A stretch of 64,000 nt of DNA from Octopus vulgaris (GCA_951406725.2 OX597814.1:121954001-122018000), one strand, 5' to 3'; counted from the stretch's first letter, positions 41,072-56,100 are shown. Made by a program: numbers and translations. The notes: generated by a model not told the origin, from the sequence alone.

Positions 41072-42391
41072 ATGCATGTATATATGTGAGTTTTGATCAA
41101 TAAGTATTTGGACTGTTGCCATAGTAACGAAGCTAAGGCACTCACACTGAAGACGGTTGGCAAAGACTGACCTTAAACTCTACTATGCATGCGCACTAAT
41201 TATCAGTTAGTTTCAGATTAAGGTCATTAGTTCAAAACAAAATCTTCTTATAAAACAATATACATTTCAGTAGAATTGCTTTAAAGGAGACTTTCTCTGA
41301 TCATTTTATGGGGTATTCAGCGTTTCGAAGACCCACATTTTGGATGCAAATTTTGGTTTGTAATTTCATAATTTTGAGTTCCAATTTCAACCCCTATGTT
41401 TCTTGGGTTTGTTTATATGCATACAAAATGGATATTAATCTGTCTTTCATTTTGAAGATATTGGCTGCCTGAATTCCTGAATTACAGTTTATTTCTATTT
41501 ACTGGTAAGCAAATTCTGTCTTTAGTTTGGCTATGGAATTCAATTTTATTGTGGTATTGTTCTACCTCCGATTTTCTTCCTTTTTTTTATTTTCCTTTTT
41601 CTTTGCTTTATTGTTCAAATATATTTTAACAATTGTTCATTTTTCCTGTATATAAACGAGTAGAAATGACGCGGATATGGGGTCGAGTTTTAAAGTGTTT
41701 CCAGTTATGCTGATGTTCGTCTACTGACTTTTAGGTTGTATCTGTACACTCACGCTCTCTTTAGTTATTTTGTTAAGGGTGCAAATTGTTATATTTCTAC
41801 AGTTATATTCATGCTATGATGGTTGTATCGTTTCTAGTATTCTAATTCTTATTAGATATCTGTGATCCTACTTCACGCAAACAATTGTAACTGACTTGAA
41901 CAAAACTTTTATTAAAAGTATTAGAGAATCTACGGGAAGAAGTGGTGCTTTCTGCATTGATTAAACCATGTTATTTATCTCTTTCAGTGACTGCCATTTC
42001 GTGGCGCGGATTGGTCTATTCTTAACTCTCTGACATTGAAAATGCTTCCTGTATTAAAGCGTAGATTTACAGAATATGTCTCTACCTGATAACAAATAAC
42101 ATATATATCAACTAATGTAATGGGATTTATGATTGTCAAAGGGTAGTTCTTTGTTCATGTATAGGGTTTCAGCGCAGGATTTTGCCTTAGGACTGGTGTT
42201 TGATTGTGCAAGAACAATTTTTTTCCTTGTAGTTATATTTCTCTGTTTGAATTCACACTCACACATTCATACATACGCGTTCATACAAAATACACACATG
42301 TACGCGCACATGAACACACACATGCATGCGCACATACATACAGACACGCTCTCTCTCTATCCACGTATGCTCACACGCATGTATAAATGTA

Positions 42392-42440
<49 letters not shown>

Positions 42441-42531
42441 ATGTGTGAATTCTGTGCATGTGTCCATGCGTGTGCATATATGTATGCATATATATATATG
42501 GATGTGTGAATTCTGTGCATGTGTCCATATG

Positions 42532-42584
<53 letters not shown>

Positions 42585-43965
42585 GTGTGTGAGTGTGTGT
42601 GTTTGTGTGTTTATGAAGCGAGAGAGAGTACATGTGTGTATGCATATAGAGAAAGAGACGAATACACTTTATGATGTTCTGTTGATCCATTTTAATATAA
42701 ATGTCATATCCATCAGGACAATAGAACGAGAATATTAATATGATAAATTGTGAGGAATAATCCCTGATGCAGAATATGTACATGTGCGAACGGAATATTA
42801 AATCATTATGTATATCATAATTACTGGTCTGTAGAGATCATTGATACACTGTTTAATTAAGAAAGCAACAAAATGGCTTCTGTATCTAATTGAACATTTC
42901 ATTATAATTGATATAAAGAAACAATCACTAGCGCAAAAACGTTGATTGTCTACCGGTATTGGACACTTGTGCATCTATCATACCTTTTTAATTAATCCCG
43001 AGTTTCAAATTGATCACCTTAATTAAAAGAATTCATTAACGATACTGATTCCCAATGTTCTCTCTTTGTCTCTATGGTTCTTCTTTTCAATGTCTTTTCC
43101 TTCCTTTCATTATAACTCACTACAACTAACCTCTTCTCTTTCTTGCGCCCCCTCCCTTCATATATATGTATGTATGTATGTATGTATGCATTTTATTATA
43201 CTATCTTCATATATATATATATAGATGCATTATATTATATTCATATATATATGTATATATGCATACATATATATTCACACGCACACATATATATATTCAC
43301 ATACATATACGTTTATATATATATACATACTGACACACACACACACACACACATAGACAGACACACACACACATATATATATATACATATATATTGACAT
43401 ATATATATATTAGCTGATTGAATTAATGTACACATACGTATGTTATTATATGTATATCTATCTATATCATAATATACGTGTGTGTGCGTGTATGTATGTA
43501 TGTTATGGATATATATGTATGTATATATAATATATACATAAATGCATATACACACGCACACACACATGAATGCATATATACGTGTACGTTTGTGTTTGCG
43601 TGAATATGTATGTATGTATGTATGTATGTAGGTAGGTAGGTAGGTAGGTAGGTAGGTAGATTTATTAGTGTATATGCTTGTAACCAAAGGAACATCTTCA
43701 ATATTCAAAATAGAGCTGGTATGTTTAATTAGAAGCTTAAAACTCTAGACTCGTTAAAGTTTCACATTGCCAATTATAAAAACGACTTGAAATCTCAGAT
43801 TAACTATTTAGGTAACTTTAGTTCTAATGGTGTGCACGTGTTTGTCTTTGTTTGCATAAGATGCATGTCATATGTAATGCTTTGTATAACCGTTTCTGTT
43901 TTACTTTGCACTGTTATACGTAGAAATCAGGAAATAACGGCGTGAATATAATGCACTGAATGCTA

Positions 43966-44268
43966 TTGTTGTTTGTTCCTTCTCGAACCACGCCTGGCTC
44001 ATAAGTGTCGGTTTCTCGGTTTCCTTGGCGTATAGTTTCCCCACCTGGATGGGACGCCTGTCCGTCGCAGGTGAGCTGCAAGATGCAGGGGGCAAGTGTG
44101 AGAGAAAGTTATGGCGTAAGAGTCAGCAGAAGTTCGCCATTACCTTCTACCGGAACTGCGTGGTGCTTAGGTGTTTCGCTCATAAACACATACATCGCCC
44201 GATCTGAGATTCTAACCCGCGATCCCTCGACCGCGAGTCTGCTGCTCTAACCACAAGGCCATGTACCT
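43966..44268 (-). mobile_element. SINE family B copy
   Basis: Reverse complement aligns to 4557-4857 from head to the GAAGGAACAAAC tail. Confidence 0.8.
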
Positions 44269-44892
44269 CTTGGTTCACAATTTTGTTTCACAGTCCTGAG
44301 ATACTGGATTTGATTCTAGAGCATAAAATCATGGTACGTTCTTTTCTTATACTTTTTCTCTGAAAATATTCTAGTCCTGTCGACTAAATCAGTACTTAAA
44401 AAAAAAAAAACATATGACAGCTTTATCCCTTAGCATTTCACTGATTCCCGCACAGAAGTGTTAATGGTACCTATGTCTGTGGAATACTCACCCAGTTAAG
44501 CTGTAGAAAGTAGGTAAGTGTTTCCATTGATCGAATAATTGAAACATTCATCGTGGAAACCGACGAAGTTTCATATATATTTATACTTCAATGCATGCAA
44601 CGCCATCGATGCATAAAATTGGTCAACTAATTCATCATTTGTTATCCGAGATATTTATCATCCTCTGATAAGTATTATTGATTATACTTATACACTTTCC
44701 AATTCTCTCTCATACATAAGCACACAAACGAACACAAAATTGCACAGGATATTGATGCATGAACTTAAATCCATATCCGTACCTTCAAGATTTTGTATAG
44801 CCTAACATCTAGATTTCATCACTTTTTGTCTCTTCGTATACCTCTAGAACCTTTTTCTAGAAGTGTTCTAGAACGCTTTTCTACTACTACTA

Positions 44893-44949
<57 letters not shown>

Positions 44950-44975
44950 ATACCACTACTGCTGCTGCTACTGCT

Positions 44976-45348
44976 TGTTTGTTTGTTTGTTGAGCGAAGC
45001 GGTCTTCTTCCCAGAGTGGGACAAGTTCGAAACGTGGTCCTTTGCTATTCGTAAGACCCGCAGAGAATAAAGCAGGTCAACCCCCGACACCGAGAGCATC
45101 GACGGATGGATGAATGTGCATCCAGGCTCAGCGGTTGCGTAGGAAGTCGGGGATAAGAAACAGGAAGAAAGAGTGAGAGAAATTGGAGCGAAAAAGTACA
45201 ACAGGGGTCGCCACAACCCCCTGCCGGAGCCTCGTGGAGCTTTAGGTGTTTTCGCTCAATAAATACACACAACGCCCGGTCTGGGAATCGAAACCGCGAT
45301 CCACCGACCGCGAGTCAGCTGCCCTAACCACTGGACCATTGCGCCTCC
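44976..45348 (-). mobile_element. SINE with family B head and centre but a different 3' half
   Basis: Shares the tRNA head, GAGCGAAAACACCTAAAGCTCCA and TTTCTCTCACTCTTTCTTCC with family B, then diverges and ends in (AAAC)n. Confidence 0.75.
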
Positions 45349-46954
45349 ACTGCTGCTGCTGCTATTATCCTCAGCAGCAGCAGCACCATTATAACTGGTA
45401 GTGTGACACAGTTTGCTCCTGTCGTGGGTTACCCATACACAATAGTTAAGCACCATAAAACTCTAGCCAATTTGAGGTTATATTTCCATTAATAATTCAA
45501 AGAATGTCTTACGTTTAAGTTCCCATTAGTTATGTTGTTTACTAAAAAGTCGGGAATATATGAGTTAAGTGAAACCAATAAAAGTCAGAGTTTGGTTGTG
45601 TTTGTATCTAATCTCCGTCGCTTCAGCCTTTACAATGGAAGACTTATTGAATTGTGAAAAACAAAGTAGACGCGTTTGATTCTATTCTTTCAGACATTAT
45701 ATGATTGCACAATTTAATATCAAATTGTATAGCTTAGCATTGAACTATACCAAAGCGTAGTGACCCAAGTGATTTCTATAAGTAGCTTCAACGAGATTAG
45801 AACTGACTAGAACTGCTCAAATAAGACAATAATACCAAATGTTGGTTCTTATGATATGGCAAAAATATTGTTGTCTGTTTATTAGGTTTGTTGATTGTTT
45901 CCCTTATTGAATGTTTTAAACACTGTTACAGTATCCAAGAGACAAGGAACGGCCACACAGATGGACTCCACGAAGATTGGAAGTTAAACGATTTGTGCCA
46001 CGATGGAAAATAAGGGCTCAGTCATGAAAGAAGTGAAAGCGCAATTTAACCAGCGATGTTTAGCGACATTTGATCGTTTAGTCGGTACCAAAAGCTATTC
46101 ACGTATCAGTTATGTTGACCTTATTTTCAAACGAAATAATTTGTTATTTCACTGTTCATTTGACCTCGAACATACAGGTTACCTTAATCTTGCAACCAAT
46201 ATGCTGCTGACATCACAAAATTATGTGAGCTATCAATGATCACTACATGGTAATGCAAACAACAGTTTGTTTTGCCAAAGGAAAGAGAAGGAAAAGCTAA
46301 ATTTCTTTGATGAAGTAAGTCTTTTCTCAATATTCCTCTCCTACAATTACAAACACATGTTCTTATTTAAACTATTCTTGTCTGAAACATATTTTTATCT
46401 CCTTTACTAACACTTATATCGATTGTTATCTCATTAAAGTCTGCATTATTCTCCCACAAAACCACTTAACTCTGTGTATTTTCCTTTCATAGTTATTTAC
46501 TGACTACACATTTAATCAGTACTTCACTTGATTCCCGTATCGGGTTTCCATAAATACATCAGATTTTAAACCGCACCAGCAATAAAATCATTACGTGTCC
46601 TTATAGCATCAACTTTGTGGAATCTATAAATGGTTTGGCTGTTTAACTCCGAAGATTAAGATCTAGGAGAGATCTTCATCGAAGTCTTTCAAAGCAGGAA
46701 TTAGTCAACTTCCTGTTTTCCTTTACATTTATTGATTTCGATTACGTAAGAGATATTCTGTATGTGTAGATTGGTTAGATGCGTTCCCGTGATGATATGA
46801 TACAAGGCCAAACTACCACTGTTCTTATACAAAATAGAACAAGATTAAATATTTTAATAACCTCATATTTTAAATTTCAGCCGCAACATGTTATTGTTTC
46901 AAAGTTCTTATAAAGACAAATTTCACAACTTAATTCATCAGTAGAACCACCATC

Positions 46955-47032
<78 letters not shown>

Positions 47033-47468
47033 TGCCCTGATGCAGTAACAGGCAGTGGCTCTCATAGCTTCTGATCTTGACTGACTAGACGTGTTATCAT
47101 GTACATTGTTTTGTTTTGGTATAAAAGGTGAACTACAGTAAATATTCTTCTCAATACCACAGATTTGCTTGTCAGTTGTTTGACCATAACCAGTTGAGCA
47201 CGTCACTTAGTGGCTGACGATATGTGCATCTCTGATCATGACCAGAAGTAGTGGGGGAGCATAATAGGCATGTGTTGAGAGGGATTCTTTGGGGTTTGAA
47301 TAAATCACCTCTGGAAACATGGGTGTTTCGTTCAACATCCTTAAACAACCCTTATTCAGGGACCTTTTGAGCGGATGTGTTACTCGACCAGAATAAAATT
47401 CTAACTGGGCCCCACTACAAGGTCATGTGTTGTTTATTTTGATATGAGATCACCATGTTGCGCACAGC
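47033..47468. repeat. Probable interspersed repeat abutting a long (AAT)n tract
   Basis: Sharp shift to higher GC immediately after (AAT)n at 46955-47032. Family not identifiable from this window alone. Confidence 0.3.
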
Positions 47469-48505
47469 CGAAATGCTTAACAACAAACAAGATGAGGGCA
47501 AATATCCGTCGAATGTAAATAGTGTAAATAATGTAAATAATGTTTCTATTAGCCTTTAGTCTTTGTCATGTTTCATTCACTGTGCTGCAGTCGTGCTGGG
47601 GCAAAATCGTCCCTGTAAAAATTATCTTATTCATCGTTTGTATCAATAAAAATGTGGAAATGAAGACACGATATTACATTTTGAAGTAACAAATGAATAG
47701 AATCACCAAGATAATTTGCCAGCCAGATAGATGAATACCAGTATACACTTTTGTTAAAGTACACTCAGCTATGGCTTATAGCAGAAGCTTTATTATCGTG
47801 CTAAGATATATGAAGAAATTACTGAGAAAAAATTATCGTCAGTAGAGTATGAGATTGCTGTAAGCAAAGTACTAAATGAAACAACGGAGAAAGAAGACGT
47901 CGTACAATCAAATCTTTTGTCATTAGTAAATATTTATTTTGACATTTTTTTCAATTTATTTATTTATCTATGTATTTATTTATTCAGTGAGTGATGATTC
48001 TGTCTTCGCTGTTCTTTGAGGATAATTGAAGGTAGAGGGTACCATTTGATGCGAACGTATCGTTTGAGATAGGTAGTAATTGAGATAGGACAAGATTTAA
48101 AGCTTTAATCAATCTTATTAGGAAAGAAAACAAAAATACCACAGGAAACAATCGCAGAAAACGAGTCAATTGCCGTACATTAATAAACCGATATCAATAT
48201 TGAATGCAAAAATTATGTGTGCGTATGTGTGTGTGAACACGCGCCCGCGTATATGTATATATATATATATATAAAACGAGAGAAGGAGGGAAAAGAAGAA
48301 ACAGAGTGGAGAGGAGAGAGGAAGAGATTAGGAGGATTTCGATTTGATTATTGTAGTAATCCACAAAAAAAAAAGTATCTTAAGAAGAGAATATTGTATA
48401 ATTAGATTCATATTCTTACAACATAGTCACAATGCTCAGGGGAGACATGTTTCCTCTAAGGCTCCACAAAGAAGAAATTATCAAGACACTGTAACTAGAA
48501 ATCAT

Positions 48506-48641
<136 letters not shown>

Positions 48642-49348
48642 ATTTCTATCTACGTATCTGTTTATCTCTCTCTCTCTATCTATCTATCACTCTATGTTTC
48701 TACCTATCTATCTATCTTTCTTTCTTTTTTTCACTTTCTCCTTAAATATTTATATGTGACAACACAAAAGAGGATGAGGAAAAGAGCAGGATAGTAGAAA
48801 AGGAGAGAGGTTGGAAAGACAGGAAGGGGTTGGTACATGGAATGAAAGAGAAAGAATGAGGCGGAGAGGTATATATAAAAAAGAGGACGACGGTCTAAAT
48901 AAGAAAAAAGGAATTGAAAGAGGGATAATAACATGATGTTGAAGGCAAAATTGAGAGAAAGAGAGGAATACTTAGTTAAAGTGAGGAAGGTATGTAGACG
49001 GAACAAAAGAGTAATATAACGAATGATGAAAAACGAGCTAATAATAGATTTAGGGAGAAGAGAAAAGAAGGGCCGGCATAGCACTGCCACTAGGAAAGAA
49101 TTGTGAGCTAAAGAGCAAAGGTTGGATTTTGATTATAATGCTAGAAACGATGACATTAGTAACAAATGTATTGCTATGGAATTGGGGATGCTAAGAACCA
49201 CCTGTTTATTAGCATTTTAAAGAAATAGTGGAACCCTAAATGAGGGAAGATCCTCAGCTATCTTCGTCCCCTTCTCCCCTCTATCTCTCTCTTTATCTCT
49301 CTCCCCCTCTCTCACTGTCTCCTCTTCCCACTATAGTTCTTGTAATAC

Positions 49349-49672
49349 TTCAAATACCGCCGAGGTCGACCTTGCCTTTCATCCTTTCGGGATCGATACA
49401 TTTAGTACCAGTTACACACTGCGGTCGATATAATCGACTTCATCCGTCTGAAATCTCCTTGTTTATCTCCTCTGTGTTTAGCCCCTTGTGGGTAGTAAAG
49501 AAATAGGTATTTCGTTTGTCTTTATGTTCAGTGTTCAAATTCGCCCGCGGTTGATTTTGCCTTTCATCATTTCGAGGTTAATATATTAAGTACCAGTTGC
49601 GTACTGGAGCCTATTTAATTGACTGGCCCTCTTCCTCACAATTTCCGGTCTCCTGCCTAGAGTAGAAAAGAA
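49349..49672 (+). mobile_element. SINE family C, two monomers head-to-tail (49349-49505 and 49506-49672)
   Basis: Both halves carry TTCAAAT..GCCTTTCATC..AGTACCAGTT. The two monomers have different 3' tails. Confidence 0.75.
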
Positions 49673-50755
49673 TTTTATCTTTGCTACTAGTTCTATCTTT
49701 ACAACTAGTGGTTTTTATATTTCGTATCTCACCTAAGTACAAAATAAATCCATCTATGACCTATTATTACTTTTTATCTTGATGTATTTTTATTGTATAC
49801 TTTACAAATATTTGTTAAAACCTTTTTTTCACTCTTAGCTTTATTTATATTAAAATCCGGTATATTTATTTTTATCTCTATCTCTTTATTTAAAATAAAG
49901 GTCTTGTAATTTTTTTCTGTACATTTATACCTTTATAATTTTTATATATTTTTCTACTATTTTTTAATATTATTTTTTATCTGTTTATTTATAATGAAGA
50001 TTTTGTTATTTTTTCTCTACCTATATAATTTTATATTTTTTCATATCAATTTTATATTTTTTATATTTTGTATATTATTCTAATATTTTTTACTTATATT
50101 TTTATAGTTTTTATTTTTTATTTTTATAGTTTTTAAAACCTTTATATATTTTATATTCTTTACAATTTTTTAATATATTCTTTTAAGTTTTTTTTATATA
50201 TCTTTTATATATTTCTTTAAAGATTATATATATATATATTTACAGTTTATACTTTATATAACTTGTACATTTTATGTTTATATCCTTATATTTTAAACAC
50301 ATTATATTCCTTATTAGCTTATGAGCCTAAATTCTATGTGTTTATATCTAATACACTCCTTCATATAATTTTAAATTTTTTCTTCACATTCTTCTAAAAA
50401 TTTTAAATATAATTAATTTATCACCTGTATATCTAATTTATAAATTTATTTTGATGTTATAAAATTATAACTATACTGAATTGTATTAGTCCCCTCCAAC
50501 TTTTTTTTTCCTATTGTGATTTGATTACCACCCTTATTTTATTTCATTTTAGTATTTTATTCCATTATTTCTCAAGGTCTTTAATACGCTAATGAATATA
50601 AGTAAAATTCAGCTTTCTCTATCTTACTTCTCACTAACAAATTCTTTCCATCACTCACTCTATTATTACTACCCTGTGCCTTGTCCATTTTACGAATATT
50701 AAACCGGCATATAGTCCTATCAAACTTGATGATTTAGTAGGTTGCCCAACACTAA

Positions 50756-50935
50756 TTTTTCGAGTCGAAACCAGGTGATTTCTAACAACGAGTTATTTAA
50801 ATTCTTGTTGGACGTTGGGAAGAAGTTGTAAACAACAAGGGTGAATACATTATTGATTAATTATTTGTTATTTTTTATCAAACCTTTTGAAATATTTAAA
50901 TTTAAAAAACGATGGGAACTTAGTTGCCAACCTAA
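50756..50935 (+). mobile_element. mariner transposon 3' fragment (transposase C-terminus plus right TIR)
   Basis: Reads FFESKPGDF*QRVI*ILVGRWEEVVNNKGEYIID*. The terminus AACTTAGTTGCCAACCTAA is followed by TA. Confidence 0.75.
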
Positions 50936-51230
50936 TATATATATATATAATGGATAATAAAACGAATGGTTTACACCTGGTAGATTACTGGTAAAGATCG
51001 GTCTCTTTCACAATGATCGTTATATATATGTTCATTTCGCATTTTGCCATCTGCGATTTTATTTTTGATCTTCTTCATAAACGAAGATATTTCCTCCGTC
51101 TGGCTTTTTTCTTTCTACAAAATGGGAAGTTACTTTGCAGAACAATCATTTTAATGAGTTGTATTTATTTATCGCTCAACGAGATACATCTGCACCACCG
51201 GATGCTCCTGAACCAGTTGTTGAGTGTCCC

Positions 51231-51277
51231 AGTCATGAGGAGTCGATGCTAGATATGTCGAAACAATTGTCGTGATT
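51231..51277 (+). ncRNA. Decayed hammerhead relic in a TA-flanked insert (about 50950-51320)
   Basis: AGTCA-TGAGGA-G..C-GAAAC-AATT-GTC-GTGATT. Same CAATTG stem III as the 533-bp unit, but core C3 is missing and stem II pairs poorly. Confidence 0.5.
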
Positions 51278-51431
51278 AATAATGAATTCTCGTATATTCC
51301 TTCTTCCGTCTTTCATTTTCATATGTATATATATATCTATATATATAATTCTTAAGCAAGAACATTATTCACAGTAACTTCGAACTGAGCACAAAAACAA
51401 ACATTAATATATATCTCTTTCTCACTCACTT

Positions 51432-51549
<118 letters not shown>

Positions 51550-52666
51550 TCATGCGTGTATGTGTGTGTGTGCGCATGTGTTTGCGTGTATATTTATGCT
51601 ATATGTATTAATGTATCAGTCATGATGTAATTGTATTCAGTGGATGTTCTGCTGGGGATATTTTACTAATAATCTTTGTATTGGAATCTATTAATACACT
51701 CACCACCAATCTTTTTAGCAATATTTCTTCAACAGTAGTTATTCCTCCTAACGGGTGGTAAACTGTGTACTAGAATTCTTAATGAAATAAGCCAACACAT
51801 ATTTAATTAATTAAAGTTACACAGTGATGAGAAAAATAATTTGTGAAATGACTAATTATGAATGATATTTTATATTGTTTTAACAACGTCATGCCGTAAA
51901 AGAAGATGATATCTTAATTATATTCTAATGCAGCTGCTTTTAACATCTGTCGTCCATATATATTTGACATGTTTATACAGAGCAATGTAATGATATAGTG
52001 ATGTGTAAGTATGCTACATTCTGATATATATAGCAGCAAATAGAAATCATATATATTTAAAATACCTAAAATTACTACTGTTGTCATAGTAACAAGCCAA
52101 AGGCAACGGTTTGTCACAATTTAACTCTTGGAACTTGTCTCATTTCTCTTTTGGATTGAGATGGAAGTATTTCAATATTTAATCATATCAATCTATTCAC
52201 ACGGAATTATAATTTTATTTCTTCAATTATTGATACAGGCGTCACTTAATTACTTATTTATTTAATATTTTATAATTAATGAAACTTTCACTTTGCTAAG
52301 ATGTTTCCATCAGAATCATTTCAAAGAATATTTAAATTACACTTGTCCCAATTCTAATTAATTTCAGATTGAATAAGTATTGCATTTTGTCAGAAGGTTT
52401 GCGGAGTTATTCCGTCCATTTCCGGTGCTGTTGATCAACGCATCCCAGGTTTTTCTGCCCATTGCTGTTGTTTTGAATATCAGGTCACATCGGATGTTAT
52501 ATTTTAGAGAATTTCCCCATTGTAATTGACAAAAAAAAACAAAATCCTACATTAACCTTATTGGCAGAAACACCCAACAGGAAATTGAGGATCTGTGAAA
52601 GTTAAAGGGAGACGTATATTCCTGGCGCGCAGTGGTAAAACGTATCTCCGTTTCAGTAGGTTGCAG

Positions 52667-52676
52667 CAGCAGCAAC

Positions 52677-52765
<89 letters not shown>

Positions 52766-52772
52766 TAGTAGT

Positions 52773-52850
<78 letters not shown>
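52667..52850. repeat. (AGT)n/(AGC)n microsatellite
   Basis: Direct reading. Confidence 0.95.
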
Positions 52851-53077
52851 TCCTACTATTCTTATCACCATCTCGTCGTCATCTATGTTTGTTGTTTGTG
52901 CCTGTGACAAAGGTCGAATAATTTGAATCATCGCGAAAATATTTTTTTCGAAAGTCATCATGAATGGCAGTAAAGGAATACCGCTTGTGCATGATTCTCA
53001 ATCACGACTGAACTTACTTTCCTTTCCTTTCATCTCTCCCTTCATTACTTTCTCTACCTCTCTCTCTCTTTCTCTCC

Positions 53078-53114
<37 letters not shown>

Positions 53115-53820
53115 GTCTTCTTTCCACCCTCTTCTCTCCCTCTCAAATATAGCAGAATTCTACGTCTTGAGTTGACACCTCTTAGATTGTTAATCTTTAA
53201 TTCATTTCATCTCCAACCAAAGTACAACCCTTTAATCTTATCTACTGCAGTAATAGTAGAAGGAACTCTCAAAATAAACACGATAATAAGATATTTTTAC
53301 GATACAATCGTTGCCAAATATAATATTCTTCTGACCTCCAAGCTTTGTGGAAGCGAAGAAATTAAGCTCAGATCACAGACGTAGTCTGAACACATGCAAC
53401 AGAATGTACTCCACTAAAATCAGCAAAAATTTCATTAGTGGTTAAAGAGAGCAACGCGTTTAGGGTACTGTCTAAAAGCGGGTACGGCTCATTCAGTGTG
53501 CTACTGTAAAGTTTCTGTATATTTACTTCATAAGATTTAACCACCTCAAAGCTATGGGAGAGGACAGTTAGCCAACTCTTTCCCAAAATGCGATGCGATA
53601 AGATGAAACCTAGAAGCACTTGATTCGGACACAATCGTTTTTAAATACTTGTTCAAGTTCATGAATGCAATTTCCGACTCAGATTTTAGATTACAACTGA
53701 AGAGCTTCTTTCTCTAAAAGCATTAAAGTATTCCAGTTGCGGATAAAACTTATTTTATAAAATAAGTTTTCCACAATGCTTCCATCGTACATGTTTTGTT
53801 TATAGTGAGAAGTATGTGGG

Positions 53821-53902
<82 letters not shown>

Positions 53903-53922
53903 ACAGAGAGAGAGAGAGAGAG

Positions 53923-54006
53923 AGGAGTGGCTCTGCGGTAAGTAGCTTGCTTACCAAACACATAGCTCTGGGTTCAGTCCCACTGCGTGGTACCTTGGGC
54001 AAGTGT
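53923..54006 (+). mobile_element. SINE family A, head only
   Basis: GGAGTGGCTCTGCGGTAAGTAGCTTGCTTACCAA..GGGTTCAGTCCCACTGCGTGG..CCTTGGGCAAGTGT. Confidence 0.75.
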
Positions 54007-54399
54007 ATATAAAGAAAACTGAACCCCCTTTTAATTTAGGTATCTTGACAATAGGCATATAGTAATGATAGTCATGAGATAAAATCTGTCCACAATTATA
54101 TATTCACTCGACCAACGGCGATTTTCATAATCAATATCCAACTCATATTTGCATCTCTACATGGAGGAGTGCAGATCTCTTAATAACTTTGTACAGGGGT
54201 GCATAGTGATGAGCTCGGAGAAAGAAGAAACATTGTTTTGTAGGTGATCTACTTAGTGCATGTAGTATGGAGTTTAATGCAAAGCAGGCAGTGAATGTAG
54301 AAGGTTTTTGCAAGTGCCTACGGCTTACAAATCCATTAGGGTTAAAAGTGACGGAAAGAAAGATTGTGCGGAATCAGTAGTTTTCATTTTGACAAGAAA

Positions 54400-56100
54400 C
54401 GTAAATAATCACACACTATGTATCTCAATGTCCAAGTTTTCACTCTGGCAATCATAAGCTATTCCTGTGAAGCGTTCTTCATACTGTCATCGTCGTCGTC
54501 GTCGTCGTCTTTGTTGTTTAGCTCTAAACAGATTCATGATTCTATGCACATTCTACTTAAAACCAGTCAGTTCTTTCATTCACCCAATAAACAAACAGAT
54601 AACCGAAACCATCTTTGTAGACATGTCCCTTCACAATTGCCATGTATTTCAATCTTCACAGCCACGATACCTCATGAAGTTCACTCAATACTCCACTGCA
54701 TTAGTTCCGGCAAAAATATTCTACAACGCTTGGAGAAATCACAACCCTACAAACTAAATTGCTTTTACCCCGCACTGTAACTCTTACAAGATAATTATGC
54801 GAACCGCAAAAGATGCTTCAATGCACTGCGCAGCCTTCAAGCACTCTTGTTCCACAATTTGCATATCTAAGACATTAGCTTATGTCCTCTTCTTCTCAAG
54901 GTATTAAAGTCTATATCAGCTTCTATTTCTAGGTCATTAACCAACTACGTTAAGGCTTCCGCGTTAGTTTTCTTTTTAGATGGTAAAACTGAATTGTAGA
55001 TAGTGAAATGCTATAGAATTATCGATATGGAGAAATATCTGACATTGGTGTTATCGAGAATAATTCCAAACAGTTTTAACGAATGAACAAATATTTACCA
55101 AATTGATTGTATGATAGCATTGATAGGTGTTTCCATAAACTTGGTAGGTGTTACCTTCTGGTGTAAAAAATGCGTAGCGTAATTCTATAAACAAACACAG
55201 CCTTGCAGATAAGATTTCTTTTCGATCGTAATAATCCTTCCACACAAACGAATTAGTATAAAGTATCAAATACTAATTTCGTTATTTGATATCTAATACA
55301 GTTAAGTCTATAACACATCATGGAATCCATCGTAGCAGAGAAGTATAATTATCTGGTGAGTTTAACGTGGGAAGAATTGTTATATACGTCACCAACACGT
55401 CCATCCGATAATTTGATCCTCCGTAATTAAACGGTCGAAGACACTGATACCAACCCGAGTAGTGGATGACTTTCTACTGCTTCTTCGAATTAATAATCGG
55501 AAGACGTGAAAGTACGGGTCAATTTAATGAAACCTAGTCACAATATTATAACCAATGCTTATATTCACAGTTTGGTATATTCATCGAATGTTAAATGTAT
55601 TTTGCTTTTAATAAGATGCCCAGCTGCTGAAAATTACCACCAGGGTTCTTTTTGCATATAGTCAAAAGCAAAGGTGCACACGTTTGATTGTTGATTAACA
55701 TATTTTTCTGTAGTCTTGTTGCTTGTGACTTAAAGAATTTCCCTTTTATTTTCGTCTTACGTGACATGCATTTCACAACAGCCGCTAATACTACTACCTG
55801 GTTAATGAAAGCTTTTAGCGGGGGTTTGTTTTGTTTCAATCATTCTAACCGGGATCCCAGTAGAGTATTATCAGTATTTCACTCGGATTGATGCACACTT
55901 TACGCTTTTCTACATGCTAAGCACTATAATTATATTCGCTGGATCATTTCCCCTCTTTTCGCACATCCAATCTGAAATTCCCTCCTGACACCGGTTTTTA
56001 CAGCTTCCGACTTCTTTCACTTCAAAATGAACGTTAACTTCACTAATCTCATCGAATTTATGTTCCCATGTTTTAATCTGTCCGTAACATTCTCAACATT
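54400..56100 (-). pseudogene. Possible heavily decayed hAT-family transposase
   Basis: Scattered minus-strand peptides: KKNPGGNF, YAFFTP..CYHTINLV (resembles AFFxPCxxHSLNL) and STTR/W. Many stops, boundaries uncertain. Confidence 0.3.

Noticed and set aside
46890-46950. Minus-strand CTGATGA..GAAA..GTC hammerhead candidate
   Set aside because: Stems I and II do not pair.
49690-50470. Extremely AT/T-rich tract as organellar insertion or origin
   Set aside because: Low complexity with no recognisable mitochondrial gene or tRNA.
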